Below, piece by piece: positions 15,902 through 25,817 of a DNA stretch of 64,000 nt. The position numbers and the translations under genes were made by a program. Within the stretch, counting starts at the first letter, position 1. Every line of letters starts with the position of its first letter. The notes under the pieces were generated by a model. It was not told where the DNA came from. It did no database searches and saw only the letters and a program-made list of their open reading frames with translations. Source of the stretch: Dehalococcoidales bacterium (GTDB lineage Bacteria > Chloroflexota > Dehalococcoidia > Dehalococcoidales > RBG-16-60-22); the NCBI GenBank assembly GCA_050018395.1, contig JBEKAC010000005.1, positions 4,794-68,793 on the forward strand. Direction: 5' to 3'.

Positions 15902-17677
15902 TTAGCCTACATCGTGCAGTCCGTGGATCTTACCGGTCGTAACATCCACATCTACTTTCTTGAATGCCGGGTCGGAACTGGTGGCGGGCATCAGGCTGAT
16001 ATCCCCGGCCACCGGGCAGAGGAACCTGGCGCCGGAGTAGATAAGGACATCGCGGATGGGCAGCGTCCAGCCCTTGGGCACGCCTTTAAGGGTCGGGTCG
16101 TGGGTCAGGGAGAGGTGCGTCTTGACCATCATCGTGGCATAGTCGTTGTATTTCGGGTCGGCCTCGAAGGCCTTGGCTTTATCCGCCGCTGTTGCCGACC
16201 AGGAGACGCCATCGGCGCCATAGACGACCTTGGCAATCTGGTTCACGCGGTCGCGCAATTTCATCTCGTTGGGATAAAGGAATTTAAAATTTACCTTTTC
16301 GTTGCAGGCTTCCTTGACTGCATCGGTCAACTCCTGGGCGCCGGCGCCGCCTTTGGCATAGTGGAACGATATGGCGCAGCGGGCACCCGCTTTTTCGGCC
16401 GCCTTGCGGATAATTTCTTCTTCTTCCTTGGTGTCGGTCGGGAAGCTGTTAACGCAGACTACCGGGTTGATGCCGGAGGCGCGGATGATGTTGATGTGGT
16501 GGATCAGGTTTTCGCAGCCTTTCTCCACCAGGCCGGGCGCCGCTTTCTTATAGGCATCCGGCAGGGGCACACCGGGAGTGACCTTGGGGCCACCGCCGTG
16601 CATCTTAAGAGAGCGCACAGTGGCTACCAGCACCGAGACATTGGGTTTGAGGCCACTGTAGCGACACTTGACGTTCCAGAACTTCTCGAAGCCGATATCA
16701 GAGGCGAAGCCGCTCTCGGTGACATGATAATCAAACATTTTAAGCCCGACACGGTCGGCGATGATGGACGACTGGCCGATGGCGATATTGGCGAACGGGC
16801 CGGCATGGACAAAGCACGGCTGGTATTCCGCGGTCGAGCAGAGGGTGGGATTAATCGTGTTGCGCATCCAGGCCGTCATGGCGCCGGCTACCTGTAGGTC
16901 TTCGGTAGTGATAGGCTTGCCTTTTTTATCATAGGCGACGGTGATTTCACCGAGCCGTTTGCGCAGGTCGGCCAGGTCGGTGACGATGGAGAGGATGGCC
17001 ATCAGCTCGGAGCTGACGGCAATGCCGAACTTGCTCTGCATCATGTAGCCGTCAGTCTTCTGGGTGCCCATGCCGATGATGATGTTCCGCAAGGACTGGG
17101 CGCAGAAATCCATAATCCAGCCCATTTCCACCCGTAGCGGGTCGATGTCCAGGCGGCGCATGTGGCTAAGGCGGGCCAGTTGCTCGTCATCGTAGTTGCG
17201 TTCATGCTGCATCCTGGAGGTCACGGCGACCATCGCCAGGTTGTGGGCGTTCATAATATCGTTGATATCGCCTGTAAGACCCATGGAAAATTCTGTATGG
17301 GGGATAAGCAAAGCATTACCGCCGCCGGCCGCGGTGCCTTTAATGTTCATCGTCGGACCGCCGGAAGGCTGGCGGATAGCTCCGCCGACGCTTTCCTTCT
17401 GGTAGCCGAGGCCCTCGATCAGGCCCATGGTGGTGGTGGTCTTGCCCTCGCCCAGCGGGGTGGGGGTGACGGCCGTCACCTCGATGTACTTGCCGTCCGG
17501 TTTGTCCTTGAGCCGTTCCATGACTTTCAGGAAGTCAACTTTGCCGACTTTCCCGTAAGCCAGGATTTCGTCTTTTTTCAGGCCGAGTTTTTGCTGCCAT
17601 TCGGCGGGGGTGGGCATGTGTTCGCAGGCGGCTTCAGCTATCTGCCAGTCCGCCATCTTTGATGTGTCGTAAGCCAC
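15902..17677 (-). CDS. fhs: formate--tetrahydrofolate ligase
   Basis: 591 aa; [14 protein letters not shown]-loop and full-length FTHFS-like sequence. Confidence 0.95.
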   Translation of the reverse strand: MAYDTSKMADWQIAEAACEHMPTPAEWQQKLGLKKDEILAYGKVGKVDFLKVMERLKDKPDGKYIEVTAVTPTPLGEGKTTTTMGLIEGLGYQKESVGGAIRQPSGGPTMNIKGTAAGGGNALLIPHTEFSMGLTGDINDIMNAHNLAMVAVTSRMQHERNYDDEQLARLSHMRRLDIDPLRVEMGWIMDFCAQSLRNIIIGMGTQKTDGYMMQSKFGIAVSSELMAILSIVTDLADLRKRLGEITVAYDKKGKPITTEDLQVAGAMTAWMRNTINPTLCSTAEYQPCFVHAGPFANIAIGQSSIIADRVGLKMFDYHVTESGFASDIGFEKFWNVKCRYSGLKPNVSVLVATVRSLKMHGGGPKVTPGVPLPDAYKKAAPGLVEKGCENLIHHINIIRASGINPVVCVNSFPTDTKEEEEIIRKAAEKAGARCAISFHYAKGGAGAQELTDAVKEACNEKVNFKFLYPNEMKLRDRVNQIAKVVYGADGVSWSATAADKAKAFEADPKYNDYATMMVKTHLSLTHDPTLKGVPKGWTLPIRDVLIYSGARFLCPVAGDISLMPATSSDPAFKKVDVDVTTGKIHGLHDVG

Positions 17678-17713
17678 TGATATATCCTCCTGATTTATTT
17701 CGTTTTCCTATTT

Positions 17714-18298
17714 TTATACATGCGCTTGGCCAGGCATGTGGAATAAAGGGGATAGAAGGTTCGAAATTTGAAATACTTTCCTATTTTCGTATTTTAGCTT
17801 ACTTAACGATAAAGGGCAATGGGGGAAATTACGCTCTTTTTTAGGTAAATGGATATAGCACCCTGTGAGGTTTTCTCCGGGATGGCTCTGCGTTGCTTGG
17901 CGGGGAGGTATAAGCCCCAGTTGCTGCATGAGGTCCAGCCGGTCGTAGTGTTCCCAGGTTTCCAGGATTTTACCGTCTTTAAAGCGGTCGAGGATGGCGC
18001 CGCTCATAGTGACCTTTTTACCGGCAGAAGTGAACGTGCAGAACGTGCGCGTAGCCACCAGGTCGGCCTCCGCCAGGATGTCCTCGATCGTTACCTGAAT
18101 ATCGGGATAAGCGGCGCGCAACCAGGCGAGGAATTTTTTATAGTCGGCGATGCCTTTGACATCCGCCCCGCCCGGCCCGTGGTAAACAAAATCCGGGCGG
18201 AGGCATTCATCCAAAACGGCTAGATTCCCTTCATTGAGCACTTCCGCTACGATACGGCGTTCGATGGTTTTTTGGCGCTTTAACGATGTCGCGTCCAT
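17714..18298 (-). CDS. SnoaL-like / ester cyclase family protein with an unusual ~60-aa C-terminal extension
   Basis: ATG at 18298 with a ggaggtggag RBS; the core (NEGNLAVLDECL...FVYHGPGG...KVTMSGAILDRFKDGKILETWEHYD) is SnoaL-like; the tail runs over the fhs promoter region. Confidence 0.6.
   Translation of the reverse strand: MDATSLKRQKTIERRIVAEVLNEGNLAVLDECLRPDFVYHGPGGADVKGIADYKKFLAWLRAAYPDIQVTIEDILAEADLVATRTFCTFTSAGKKVTMSGAILDRFKDGKILETWEHYDRLDLMQQLGLIPPRQATQSHPGENLTGCYIHLPKKERNFPHCPLSLSKLKYENRKVFQISNLLSPLFHMPGQAHV
17791..17819 (-). promoter_or_regulatory. candidate sigma70-type promoter for fhs
   Basis: Minus strand reads ttgccc-17 nt-taaaat, about 115 nt upstream of the fhs ATG. Confidence 0.3.
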
Positions 18299-18337
18299 TT
18301 TCTCCACCTCCACGCCAGAGTGGGGATCCTGATGAGA

Positions 18338-18526
18338 TTACCAGACCTTCAATGATCTCTGTTTAGGCTCGATCGTAAAGATGATCCGCAGCTGTTGATT
18401 AGTTACCATCTGGTCGAATATTTCGCCTTGACCGATAATTTTGCCGTTTACCCAGCGGTCCAGAACACTGCCCGTCAGGATCTGGGATTCTCTTTCTCTG
18501 TTCCGTGTGTTATACATCCCTGTCAC
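18338..18526 (-). pseudogene. C-terminal remnant of a second SnoaL-like paralog
   Basis: ILTGSVLDRWVNGKIIGQGEIFDQMVTNQQL parallels TMSGAILDRFKDGKILETWEHYDRLDLMQQL of the neighbour; the N-terminal two-thirds are absent. Confidence 0.45.
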
Positions 18527-18710
18527 TTCCCTTCACATATTTGTCCTCTATTCTCACTATAGCGGAAAAAGGGCAACAATTAATCAGTAAAAACTCTCTT
18601 TCTGTATTGGCGGTTATGCCTATTTATTGTTGCCCGTTATACCTATTTTCATTTGTCTTTTAGCGGAAGGGAACCTAGAATAGCATTAGGATGCCGAAAG
18701 GAGCGGAAAG

Positions 18711-19409
18711 ATGGCTGGAAAAACCTATCCCAGGTGCGCGCACTGTTCTACCAGGGAGTGTGAAAACCGGGGGAGCCAGGCAGGTTCGGCTCCTTCCCTG
18801 CAAAAAACGCCGGCGTTCTGCCCGATGAAACTGATGCCGGAGGCCTATGCCGCCGCCATGGCGGAATATGATAAGCCCGAAGTAAAAGAGTTCGCACGGC
18901 TGGCGTCGGTGCAGGAATTCCAGTGCTACGAGCGCCTGCCGGACGGCCTGAAGACCAAACTGCCGCGCATCGAGGAGACGATACAATTTGCCAGGAAGAA
19001 CGGCTTTAAGAGACTGGGGCTGGCGCACTGTGCTGGACTGGCCTATGAAGCCGGACTGCTGACCGGCATCCTCGAGAATAACGGGTTCGAAGTGGTATCC
19101 GTCCAGTGCAAGACCGGGGCCGTGCCCAAGGAGATGATAGGCATTAAACCGGAGGAGAAGATCGCCGGGCCGGAGATGTGGGAAACGATGTGCAACCCCA
19201 TCGTCCAGGCAATGGTTATCAACGAATCTAAAGTGGATATGGCCATCATGCTGGGGCTGTGCATCGGGCACGATACCCTTTTCATCAAGTACTGCAAGGT
19301 GCCGATGACGGTGCTGGCGGTAAAGGACAGGGTACTGGGCCACAACCCGCTGGCGGCGCTATATGCCGGCAACACGTATTATCAGAGACTGAAAAACAGA
19401 ATCGATTAG
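18711..19409 (+). CDS. DUF1847 metal-binding protein
   Basis: 232 aa; N-terminal CAHCSTREC, GLAHCAGL, MCNPI, LGLCIGHD and VKDRVLGHNP match the DUF1847 pattern as I recall it. Confidence 0.7.
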   Translation: MAGKTYPRCAHCSTRECENRGSQAGSAPSLQKTPAFCPMKLMPEAYAAAMAEYDKPEVKEFARLASVQEFQCYERLPDGLKTKLPRIEETIQFARKNGFKRLGLAHCAGLAYEAGLLTGILENNGFEVVSVQCKTGAVPKEMIGIKPEEKIAGPEMWETMCNPIVQAMVINESKVDMAIMLGLCIGHDTLFIKYCKVPMTVLAVKDRVLGHNPLAALYAGNTYYQRLKNRID

Positions 19410-19437
19410 AGCGCTGACGTTTCAGGAGGTAGGCAAA

Positions 19438-19743
19438 ATGGCAATGATGGACATCAGCGTGGTGCCGGTGGGGACGGGCAAACCTTCGGTCAGCGAATAT
19501 GTCGCCGGGGCGGTACGGCTGTTACAGAACGAGCCAGGTATCAAATATGAACTCACCGCGATGAACACGATTATCGAAGGCGACCTGGAAAAGCTGATGG
19601 TGCTGGCGCAGCGGATGCACCGTTCCGCTTTCGACGCCGGCGCTAAAAGGGTGGTAACGACCATCCGCATCGACGAGCGTTGTGACAAGCCGCTCACCAT
19701 CGAGGGCAAGATAAAAGCAGTAAAAGATAAGCTGGGGAAGTGA
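19438..19743 (+). CDS. MTH1187/YkoF-family (thiamine-binding-like) protein
   Basis: 101 aa; ISVVPVGTGKPSVSEYVA...TAMNTIIEGDL...TIRIDER pattern. Confidence 0.75.
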   Translation: MAMMDISVVPVGTGKPSVSEYVAGAVRLLQNEPGIKYELTAMNTIIEGDLEKLMVLAQRMHRSAFDAGAKRVVTTIRIDERCDKPLTIEGKIKAVKDKLGK

Positions 19744-19787
19744 GTAAAATCTCCCTTATTCCCTCCTTACGAAGGAGGGAAACTCAT

Positions 19788-19825
19788 CCTCTCCCTTTCG
19801 TAAAGGGAGAGTGAGAGAGGGATTT
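19788..19825. repeat. dispersed hairpin repeat, family A, copy 2 (adjacent extra hairpin at 19760-19780)
   Basis: tcctctccctttcgtaaagggagagtgagagagggattt; compare 1203-1238. Confidence 0.5.
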
Positions 19826-19868
19826 AACAAAGGGGTTGAGACTAATTTGGGAAGAGAAGGGGACTAAT

Positions 19869-20708
19869 ATGGAAATCAAGATAACCACACTGGCGGAAAA
19901 CACCGCGGAAATGGGCTACCTGGCGGAGTGGGGTTTGAGCATGTTCGTGGAAGCGGACGGGGCCAAAGTGTTGTTCGATACAGGCATGGGCATTGCAGCC
20001 GTGCATAACGCCCAGCTATTAGGCATAGATTTGAGCACAATTGATCGTATCGTTTTAAGCCACGGCCACCGTGACCATACCGGCGGGCTGCGGGAAGTGC
20101 TGATGCTGATGAAAAAAGAGGTAGAAGTCATCGCCCACCCGGATATCTGGGCGCTCAAGTATACCCGCTGGCGCAAGAAATCGGAGCACTATAGCGGCGT
20201 GCCTTTCCGGCGGGAGCTTTTGGAGAACCTGGGGGCGCGCTTCAATCTGACGAAAAAGCCGGTACGCATTACCGACCATTTTATGACGACCGGTGAAATC
20301 CCGATGCTTTCCGATTACGAGGAGATCGATAGCGGCCTTTACGATAAGGAAACCGGCGAAATGCTGCCGGACGAACTTAAAGACGACCTCGGGCTGGTCA
20401 TCGACGCCGAATACGGGCTGGTGGTGATACTGGGGTGCGCCCATCACGGCGTCGTCAACACGCTGAAGCAGGCACAGCAGGTGACGGGCAAAGAGCTGAT
20501 CTATGCAGCCATCGGCGGGACCCATCTGCTCAACGCGGAGCGCCCGCGGTGGGAAAAGACGGCGGCGGACCTCAAGGAAATGGGCGTGCAGTACCTGGGC
20601 GTCTCCCACTGCACCGGCTTCGAGGCTTCCGCCTACCTGGCGCAGGAGTTCGGGGAGAGATTTTTCCTGAATAACTCGGGGTCACGCTGGACTTTGCCTT
20701 TTAAGTAG
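19869..20708 (+). CDS. MBL-fold metallo-hydrolase (MJ0301/dihydropterin-type family)
   Basis: MEIKITTLAENT...VLFDTG...LSHGHRDHTGGL; ATG at 19869 with a purine-rich RBS. Confidence 0.75.
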   Translation: MEIKITTLAENTAEMGYLAEWGLSMFVEADGAKVLFDTGMGIAAVHNAQLLGIDLSTIDRIVLSHGHRDHTGGLREVLMLMKKEVEVIAHPDIWALKYTRWRKKSEHYSGVPFRRELLENLGARFNLTKKPVRITDHFMTTGEIPMLSDYEEIDSGLYDKETGEMLPDELKDDLGLVIDAEYGLVVILGCAHHGVVNTLKQAQQVTGKELIYAAIGGTHLLNAERPRWEKTAADLKEMGVQYLGVSHCTGFEASAYLAQEFGERFFLNNSGSRWTLPFK

Positions 20709-20765
20709 TCCGGCTCAAGACCCCGATTGAATTCTCGTCCACATTCGATTATAATTTAAGAACAG

Positions 20766-20914
20766 TATCCGCTAGGGGTGCTCTGGCTGAGATGTCCCGA
20801 TATTATCGGGACGACCCTTGGAACCTGACCTCGGTAATACGAGCGTAGGGAAGCGGCGTAAACCAGAACCAGGGTTCGAGCGCTTCTAGCCGATATCCCT
20901 GGTTTTATTATTTT
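20766..20914 (+). promoter_or_regulatory. TPP (THI-box) riboswitch with a terminator-type expression platform
   Basis: ctaggggtgctctggctgagat...acccttggaacctgacctcggtaatacgagcgtagggaagcgg matches the THI-box consensus; then the aaccaggg/ccctggtt stem plus ttttattatttt, directly upstream of thiC. Confidence 0.9.
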
Positions 20915-20929
20915 AAGGGGGTCGCTGCG

Positions 20930-22225
20930 ATGACACAACTGGAAATCGCCAGAAAAGGCAATATCTCTCCGGAGATGAAGAAAGTCGCCGCTGCGGAGGG
21001 CAAGGACGTTGCATTCATCAGAGAGGGTGTATCTAAAGGGAAAATCGTCATTCCGGCCAATCCAGCGCACGTCAAACTGGTGACCTGCGGGGTGGGCGAG
21101 GGGCTTTCCACTAAAGTCAATGCGAATATCGGCACGTCATCGGATTTCGGCGATGAGCAGACGGAACTCGCCAAGCTGCGGGTAGCCATCGCGGCCGGGG
21201 CGGACTCGGTGATGGATTTGAGCACCGGCGGAGACATCCCGGCCATCCGGCGGGCGCTTATCACCGCCAGTGAAAAGACCATCGGCACGGTGCCGGTTTA
21301 CCAGGCGGGCATCGGCGCCATCGAAAGACACGGCGCCATCGTCAAGATGACCGCCGACGATATTTTTAATGCCATCGAGGACAACGCGCGGGACGGCGTG
21401 GACTTTATTACGGTGCACTGCGGCGTGACGCAGGGCGCCATCGCCCGCCTCAAACAGCAGGGCAGGGTGACGGACGTGGTCTCCCGGGGCGGGGCTTTCA
21501 TGGTGGGCTGGATGCTCCACAACGATTGCGAGAACCCGCTTTACGAGCAGTACGACCGCCTGCTGGACATCGCGCGTGAGTATGACGTTACTTTGAGCCT
21601 GGGGGACGGCATGCGCCCCGGCAGCCTGGCGGATGCCACGGACCGGACACAGATTGAAGAGCTGATAACGCTGGGAGAGCTGGTGCAGCGGGCGCAGGCG
21701 GCGGGCGTCCAGGTGATGGTGGAAGGGCCGGGGCACATTCCTTTAGACCAGATCGAGACCAACGTGAAGCTGCAAAAAGCCCTGTGCCAGGGTGCGCCTT
21801 TTTATGTGCTGGGGCCGCTGGTCACGGACATCGCGGCGGGGTACGACCATATTACCAGCGCCATCGGTGGGGCGATCGCCGCCATGGCCGGGGCGGACTT
21901 TCTGTGCTACGTGACGCCGTCGGAACACCTGGCTATCCCGGACATCGATGACGTGCGGGAGGGGGTCATGGCGGCCCGCATCGCGGCGCACGCTGCCGAT
22001 ATCGTTAAGGGGATAAAAGGGGCGGCGGAAAGAGACCGGCAAATGTCTCAGGCGCGCAAACGGCTGGACTGGGCGGAACAATCCAGGCTCGCGCTCGACC
22101 CCGAAAAAGTGGCCAGGGTACACCGCCAGCGCTCGACCACCGGGTCGGCGTGCAGCATGTGCGGGCAGTATTGCGCCATGGAGCTGGTGGGCAAGTACCT
22201 GGGCGTAAATGCCACCAAGTGCTGA
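20930..22225 (+). CDS. thiC: phosphomethylpyrimidine synthase
   Basis: 431 aa; full-length ThiC-like, including the C-terminal CSMCGQYCA radical-SAM cluster motif. Confidence 0.95.
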   Translation: MTQLEIARKGNISPEMKKVAAAEGKDVAFIREGVSKGKIVIPANPAHVKLVTCGVGEGLSTKVNANIGTSSDFGDEQTELAKLRVAIAAGADSVMDLSTGGDIPAIRRALITASEKTIGTVPVYQAGIGAIERHGAIVKMTADDIFNAIEDNARDGVDFITVHCGVTQGAIARLKQQGRVTDVVSRGGAFMVGWMLHNDCENPLYEQYDRLLDIAREYDVTLSLGDGMRPGSLADATDRTQIEELITLGELVQRAQAAGVQVMVEGPGHIPLDQIETNVKLQKALCQGAPFYVLGPLVTDIAAGYDHITSAIGGAIAAMAGADFLCYVTPSEHLAIPDIDDVREGVMAARIAAHAADIVKGIKGAAERDRQMSQARKRLDWAEQSRLALDPEKVARVHRQRSTTGSACSMCGQYCAMELVGKYLGVNATKC

Positions 22226-22246
22226 AAAAACAGCCGGCTGAAGACT

Positions 22247-22286
22247 AAAAACAAAGACCCCGGGGAAAATCGGGGTCTTTTTGTTT
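22247..22286. terminator. bidirectional rho-independent terminator (thiC and focA converge)
   Basis: aaaaacaa-agaccccg...cggggtct-ttttgttt. Confidence 0.7.
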
Positions 22287-22307
22287 AATTTATAGCTTAA
22301 AGCTGGA

Positions 22308-23213
22308 CTAGGCTGGTTTCCAACCTTTATTACGTAAATAAATCACCCAGTAAACCAGAGCGACGAAGAACACGCCGCCGATAATGTTGCCGATGGTCAC
22401 CGGAATCAGGTTCTTTACAAAGAAATTGGCCCAGGTAAGATGGCTATAGGTGGCGACCGTGACATTGGCGGAGGTAACACCCGAGCTTTGCCAGAAAGTG
22501 TCTGACGCGCCGGCTTTGACCAGGATGGAATAGGGGATGAAATACATGTTCGCTACGCAGTGCTCGAACCCGGCGGCCACGAAACCCGCGATGGGGAAGA
22601 TGATGGCGGAAATCCGGCCCAGCACGGTACGGGCGCTGTAGGTAAGCCAGACCGCCATGCAGACCATAGCGTTACACAGAATACCCAGGATTAGCGCCTG
22701 CGCGAACCCCAGGTTAACCTTGCCGAGGCCGATGTTCAGCGCGGTCACGCCCACGGCGCCCTTATCCATGGTGTAGTGCTGGCTCCAGAAAACGAACAAA
22801 GCGGTAGCCACCGCGCCGCACAGGTTCCCCAGGTACACGATTCCCCAGTTGCGCACCACGCGAAACGTAGAAAGCTTGCGGCTGGCCCAGGCCATGATGA
22901 TCAGGTTGTTGCCGGTGAACAGCTCGGCGCCGCCGACGATGACCAGGATCAGGCCGAGGCTGAAGGCGATGCCCCCGATGACGCGCATAACGCCCCAGGG
23001 CATACTAACGCCGCCGGTGGTCTGGGAGATCGTGAAAAAGATACAACCGAGCGCGATAAAAGCGCCGGCCAGCACGGCCAGGGCAAAAGTGCTCAGGAAA
23101 TCAAGGTTGGCTTTTCTAATACCTATCGACTGCGCTTTGGCGGCCATTTCCGCCGGTAACAGCTCATCGAAGGCACTGGTAGGTTCATTGTTATTCTCTT
23201 CCGGTTCTACCAT
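22308..23213 (-). CDS. focA: formate/nitrite transporter family channel
   Basis: About 301 aa; FNT-family TM pattern (LAGAFIALG..., GAELFTGN, FEHCVANMYF); ATG at 23213 is favoured over GTG at 23219 by RBS spacing. Confidence 0.85.
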   Translation of the reverse strand: MVEPEENNNEPTSAFDELLPAEMAAKAQSIGIRKANLDFLSTFALAVLAGAFIALGCIFFTISQTTGGVSMPWGVMRVIGGIAFSLGLILVIVGGAELFTGNNLIIMAWASRKLSTFRVVRNWGIVYLGNLCGAVATALFVFWSQHYTMDKGAVGVTALNIGLGKVNLGFAQALILGILCNAMVCMAVWLTYSARTVLGRISAIIFPIAGFVAAGFEHCVANMYFIPYSILVKAGASDTFWQSSGVTSANVTVATYSHLTWANFFVKNLIPVTIGNIIGGVFFVALVYWVIYLRNKGWKPA

Positions 23214-23422
23214 AAACACCCCCTTTCAGAGTCAATTATATGATATTTAACTGTCACCAACAATACGCCGTAAGTTATAGCACCCTCTACGGCGGGACGG
23301 AGAGTCCGGTAGGCAGATTTATGTATCTACCGGGCGGGCGGGACAATCCGTCGCCAGGGCACAGTAACTATTCTTTGCAGCCGGCCTTTTTTTGCGTTAA
23401 CATTTAAATAGAGGTGTTAAAG

Positions 23423-24472
23423 ATGTTTATTAAAGATTTACCGCAATACTCATACGATTTTGTTAACTACTCTCCGGCCGCCGGCGCGGAAGGCGTGGGC
23501 GATCAAGCCCCCCAGGACGATGCTGCGTTGCTTGACGCATATTCGATTACGATAAGCGGCGTCGTTACCAGGGTAAGCCCGGCGGTGGTGCATATCCGCG
23601 TCAAGAAAAAGTCGCACCGCCGCCCCGGCGCCCCTTCGGAACTGGCCGGCAGCGGCTCCGGGTTCGTCATTACGCCCGATGGCTACATCGTGACCAACTG
23701 CCACGTGGTCGAAGACACGGACGCCGTCGAGGTGAGCCTGGCGGACGGTAATACGTGCGGGGCGGAGGTCATCGGGAAAGACCCGGCGACGGATATCGCT
23801 TTGCTGCGCATCTCCGGCTCGCGGCTGCCCATGGTTAATCTGGGAGACTCCGACAGGTTGCGGGTAGGGCAGGTGGCTATCGCCGTGGGTAATCCCCTCG
23901 GCTTCCAGAGCACGGTTACGGCGGGAGTCATCAGCGCGCTGGGGCGTTCGTTGCGGAGCCAGAGCGGCCGCCTTATCGAGAACGTTATCCAGACGGATGC
24001 GGCCTTGAACCCGGGTAACAGCGGCGGGCCGCTGCTGGATTCCAGGGGGTGCGTTATCGGTATCAATACGGCCATTATCCAGCACGCGCAGGGCATCTGC
24101 TTCGCGATACCGGTCAATACCATGCGCTGGGTGGTGACGCAGCTTATCCGGGAAGGCAAAGTGGTGCGCGGTTTCCTGGGTATTTCCGGGCAGACGGTAC
24201 CATTGCCGGTGCGGGTGGTCCGGTACTTCCAGCTCACGCACGATGCCGGCGTGCAGGTCATCGACGTTACGGCAGGCAGCCCGGCTGACCGGGCGGGGTT
24301 GAAGGAAGGGGACATCGTCATCGAGATGGACGGCCATGCCGTCAACAGCGTAGATGACATACACCGCCGTCTTCCTGGTGAATCTATCGGCAAGAGCAAA
24401 AAAATAGTACTCTTACGCGGCTGGACCAGGCGGCTGGAGAAGGACATCGTGCCGGCGGAAAGTCAGGGTTAG
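23423..24472 (+). CDS. HtrA/DegP-family serine protease with a PDZ domain
   Basis: TNCHVV (His), DIALL (Asp), GNSGGPLL (Ser) catalytic triad motifs plus a C-terminal PDZ-like GLKEGDIVIEMDG. Confidence 0.85.
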   Translation: MFIKDLPQYSYDFVNYSPAAGAEGVGDQAPQDDAALLDAYSITISGVVTRVSPAVVHIRVKKKSHRRPGAPSELAGSGSGFVITPDGYIVTNCHVVEDTDAVEVSLADGNTCGAEVIGKDPATDIALLRISGSRLPMVNLGDSDRLRVGQVAIAVGNPLGFQSTVTAGVISALGRSLRSQSGRLIENVIQTDAALNPGNSGGPLLDSRGCVIGINTAIIQHAQGICFAIPVNTMRWVVTQLIREGKVVRGFLGISGQTVPLPVRVVRYFQLTHDAGVQVIDVTAGSPADRAGLKEGDIVIEMDGHAVNSVDDIHRRLPGESIGKSKKIVLLRGWTRRLEKDIVPAESQG

Positions 24473-24515
24473 CTTTTATTGACATTTGACCTCAACGTAG
24501 TAGAATGAATGTATT

Positions 24516-25817
24516 ATGAAGCTATTCGGCTCATCCGGCATACGTACGGTTTACGATAGAAATTTGCTGGACATTGCCTTTAAAGTAGGGCTGGCGGTAG
24601 GCAAAGACCATAAAAGAGTTATCGTCGGCCGGGACACGCGGACTTCCGGAGACGCCATGAAGCATACCGTCATGGCCGGGCTGCTGGCGGCCGGCGCGCA
24701 GTGCAGCGATGCCGGCATTACTCCCACTCCCACGCTCGCTTACGTTACCCGGGATTTTACCGCCGGCGTCATGATTACCGCCTCCCATAATCCCCCCGAA
24801 TACAACGGTCTCAAGCTGTTAAATCCGGACGGTTCTTCATTTGATGCCACACAGCAAACGCAGGTAGAAAATATCATGGCGGAAGAATCGTTAAAGATAG
24901 CCGGCTGGGAGGATGTCAAACAGGGGGATACGTACCAGAGTGCCATCGAAATCCATATCGCGGCGATTATGGCGGACTTTCCGTCCGCGTTGAATGTTAA
25001 AGTGGTGGTGGATGCCGGCTGCGGCGCCGCGGCGGAAGTCACGCCGCGCCTGCTGGAGCGGCTGGGCTGTGATGTAGTGGCGTTGAACTGCTATAACAGC
25101 GGTTTTTTCCCGCGCGGCATCGAGCCGAGCGAAGAAAACTTGCAAGAGCTTTGCCGGAAAGTGAAAGAGTCCGGCGCGGCGGTGGGCATCGCCCACGACG
25201 GCGACGCCGACCGCATGATGGCGGTGGATGAAAAGGGGAGGTTTATCTCCGGGGACAAGCTGCTGGCCATCCTGGCTAAAGCGGTGGGGGCCAAAGACCT
25301 GGTGACCACGCTGGATGCTTCGATGGTGATTGACGAGATGGGAATTAAAGTACGCCGCACGAAAATCGGCGATACCTGGGTCTCCGAGGAGTTGCGGAAG
25401 GGCGGGGACTTCGGCGGGGAAACGGCCGGGGCGTGGATTTTCCCCTCGTTTTCTTTATGCCCGGACGGCATCTATGCCGCGGCGCAAATTGCGGCGCTGG
25501 CCGGCAAATCCAGCTTGGCGGAGATGGCGGACGCGGTGCCGGTTTATCCGCTCCTGCGCGGCAGTGTTAGCAGCGCCGGCCTGGTAATGTCCCGGCTGGA
25601 AGCCGAGTTGCTGAAACTAAAACCGCTCCAGGTGAGCAAAATCGACGGTCTGAAACTGGACTTTAAAGACGGCTGGCTGCTGGTCCGGCCCTCCGGCACG
25701 GAACCCAAGATAAGGCTGACCGCCGAGGCGAAAACGGAAACAGCCGTGCGCCAGCTTTTCGATAAGGGTATGGAAGCGGTTAAAAGCTCAATAAAAATCG
25801 GGGTGAAAGCAAGTTGA
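24516..25817 (+). CDS. glmM: phosphoglucosamine/phosphohexose mutase (archaeal-type GlmM)
   Basis: 433 aa; MITASHNPPEYNGLK active-site Ser loop and AHDGDADR metal loop. Confidence 0.8.
   Translation: MKLFGSSGIRTVYDRNLLDIAFKVGLAVGKDHKRVIVGRDTRTSGDAMKHTVMAGLLAAGAQCSDAGITPTPTLAYVTRDFTAGVMITASHNPPEYNGLKLLNPDGSSFDATQQTQVENIMAEESLKIAGWEDVKQGDTYQSAIEIHIAAIMADFPSALNVKVVVDAGCGAAAEVTPRLLERLGCDVVALNCYNSGFFPRGIEPSEENLQELCRKVKESGAAVGIAHDGDADRMMAVDEKGRFISGDKLLAILAKAVGAKDLVTTLDASMVIDEMGIKVRRTKIGDTWVSEELRKGGDFGGETAGAWIFPSFSLCPDGIYAAAQIAALAGKSSLAEMADAVPVYPLLRGSVSSAGLVMSRLEAELLKLKPLQVSKIDGLKLDFKDGWLLVRPSGTEPKIRLTAEAKTETAVRQLFDKGMEAVKSSIKIGVKAS

Noticed and set aside
15869-16897. 342-aa plus-strand ORF
   Set aside because: It is antisense to fhs, which is unambiguous. 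Shadow ORF.
23283-23360. Possible ZTP (pfl-motif) riboswitch near the formate channel gene
   Set aside because: There are only partial resemblances (cctggcgac, ccgtcgccaggg). The conserved CCGCCUGGGC-type 3' element is not matched on either strand. It is kept only as an unclassified structured element.
23450-24447. 304-aa and 254-aa minus-strand ORFs
   Set aside because: Both are antisense to the HtrA-family protease, which has an intact catalytic triad. Shadow ORFs.
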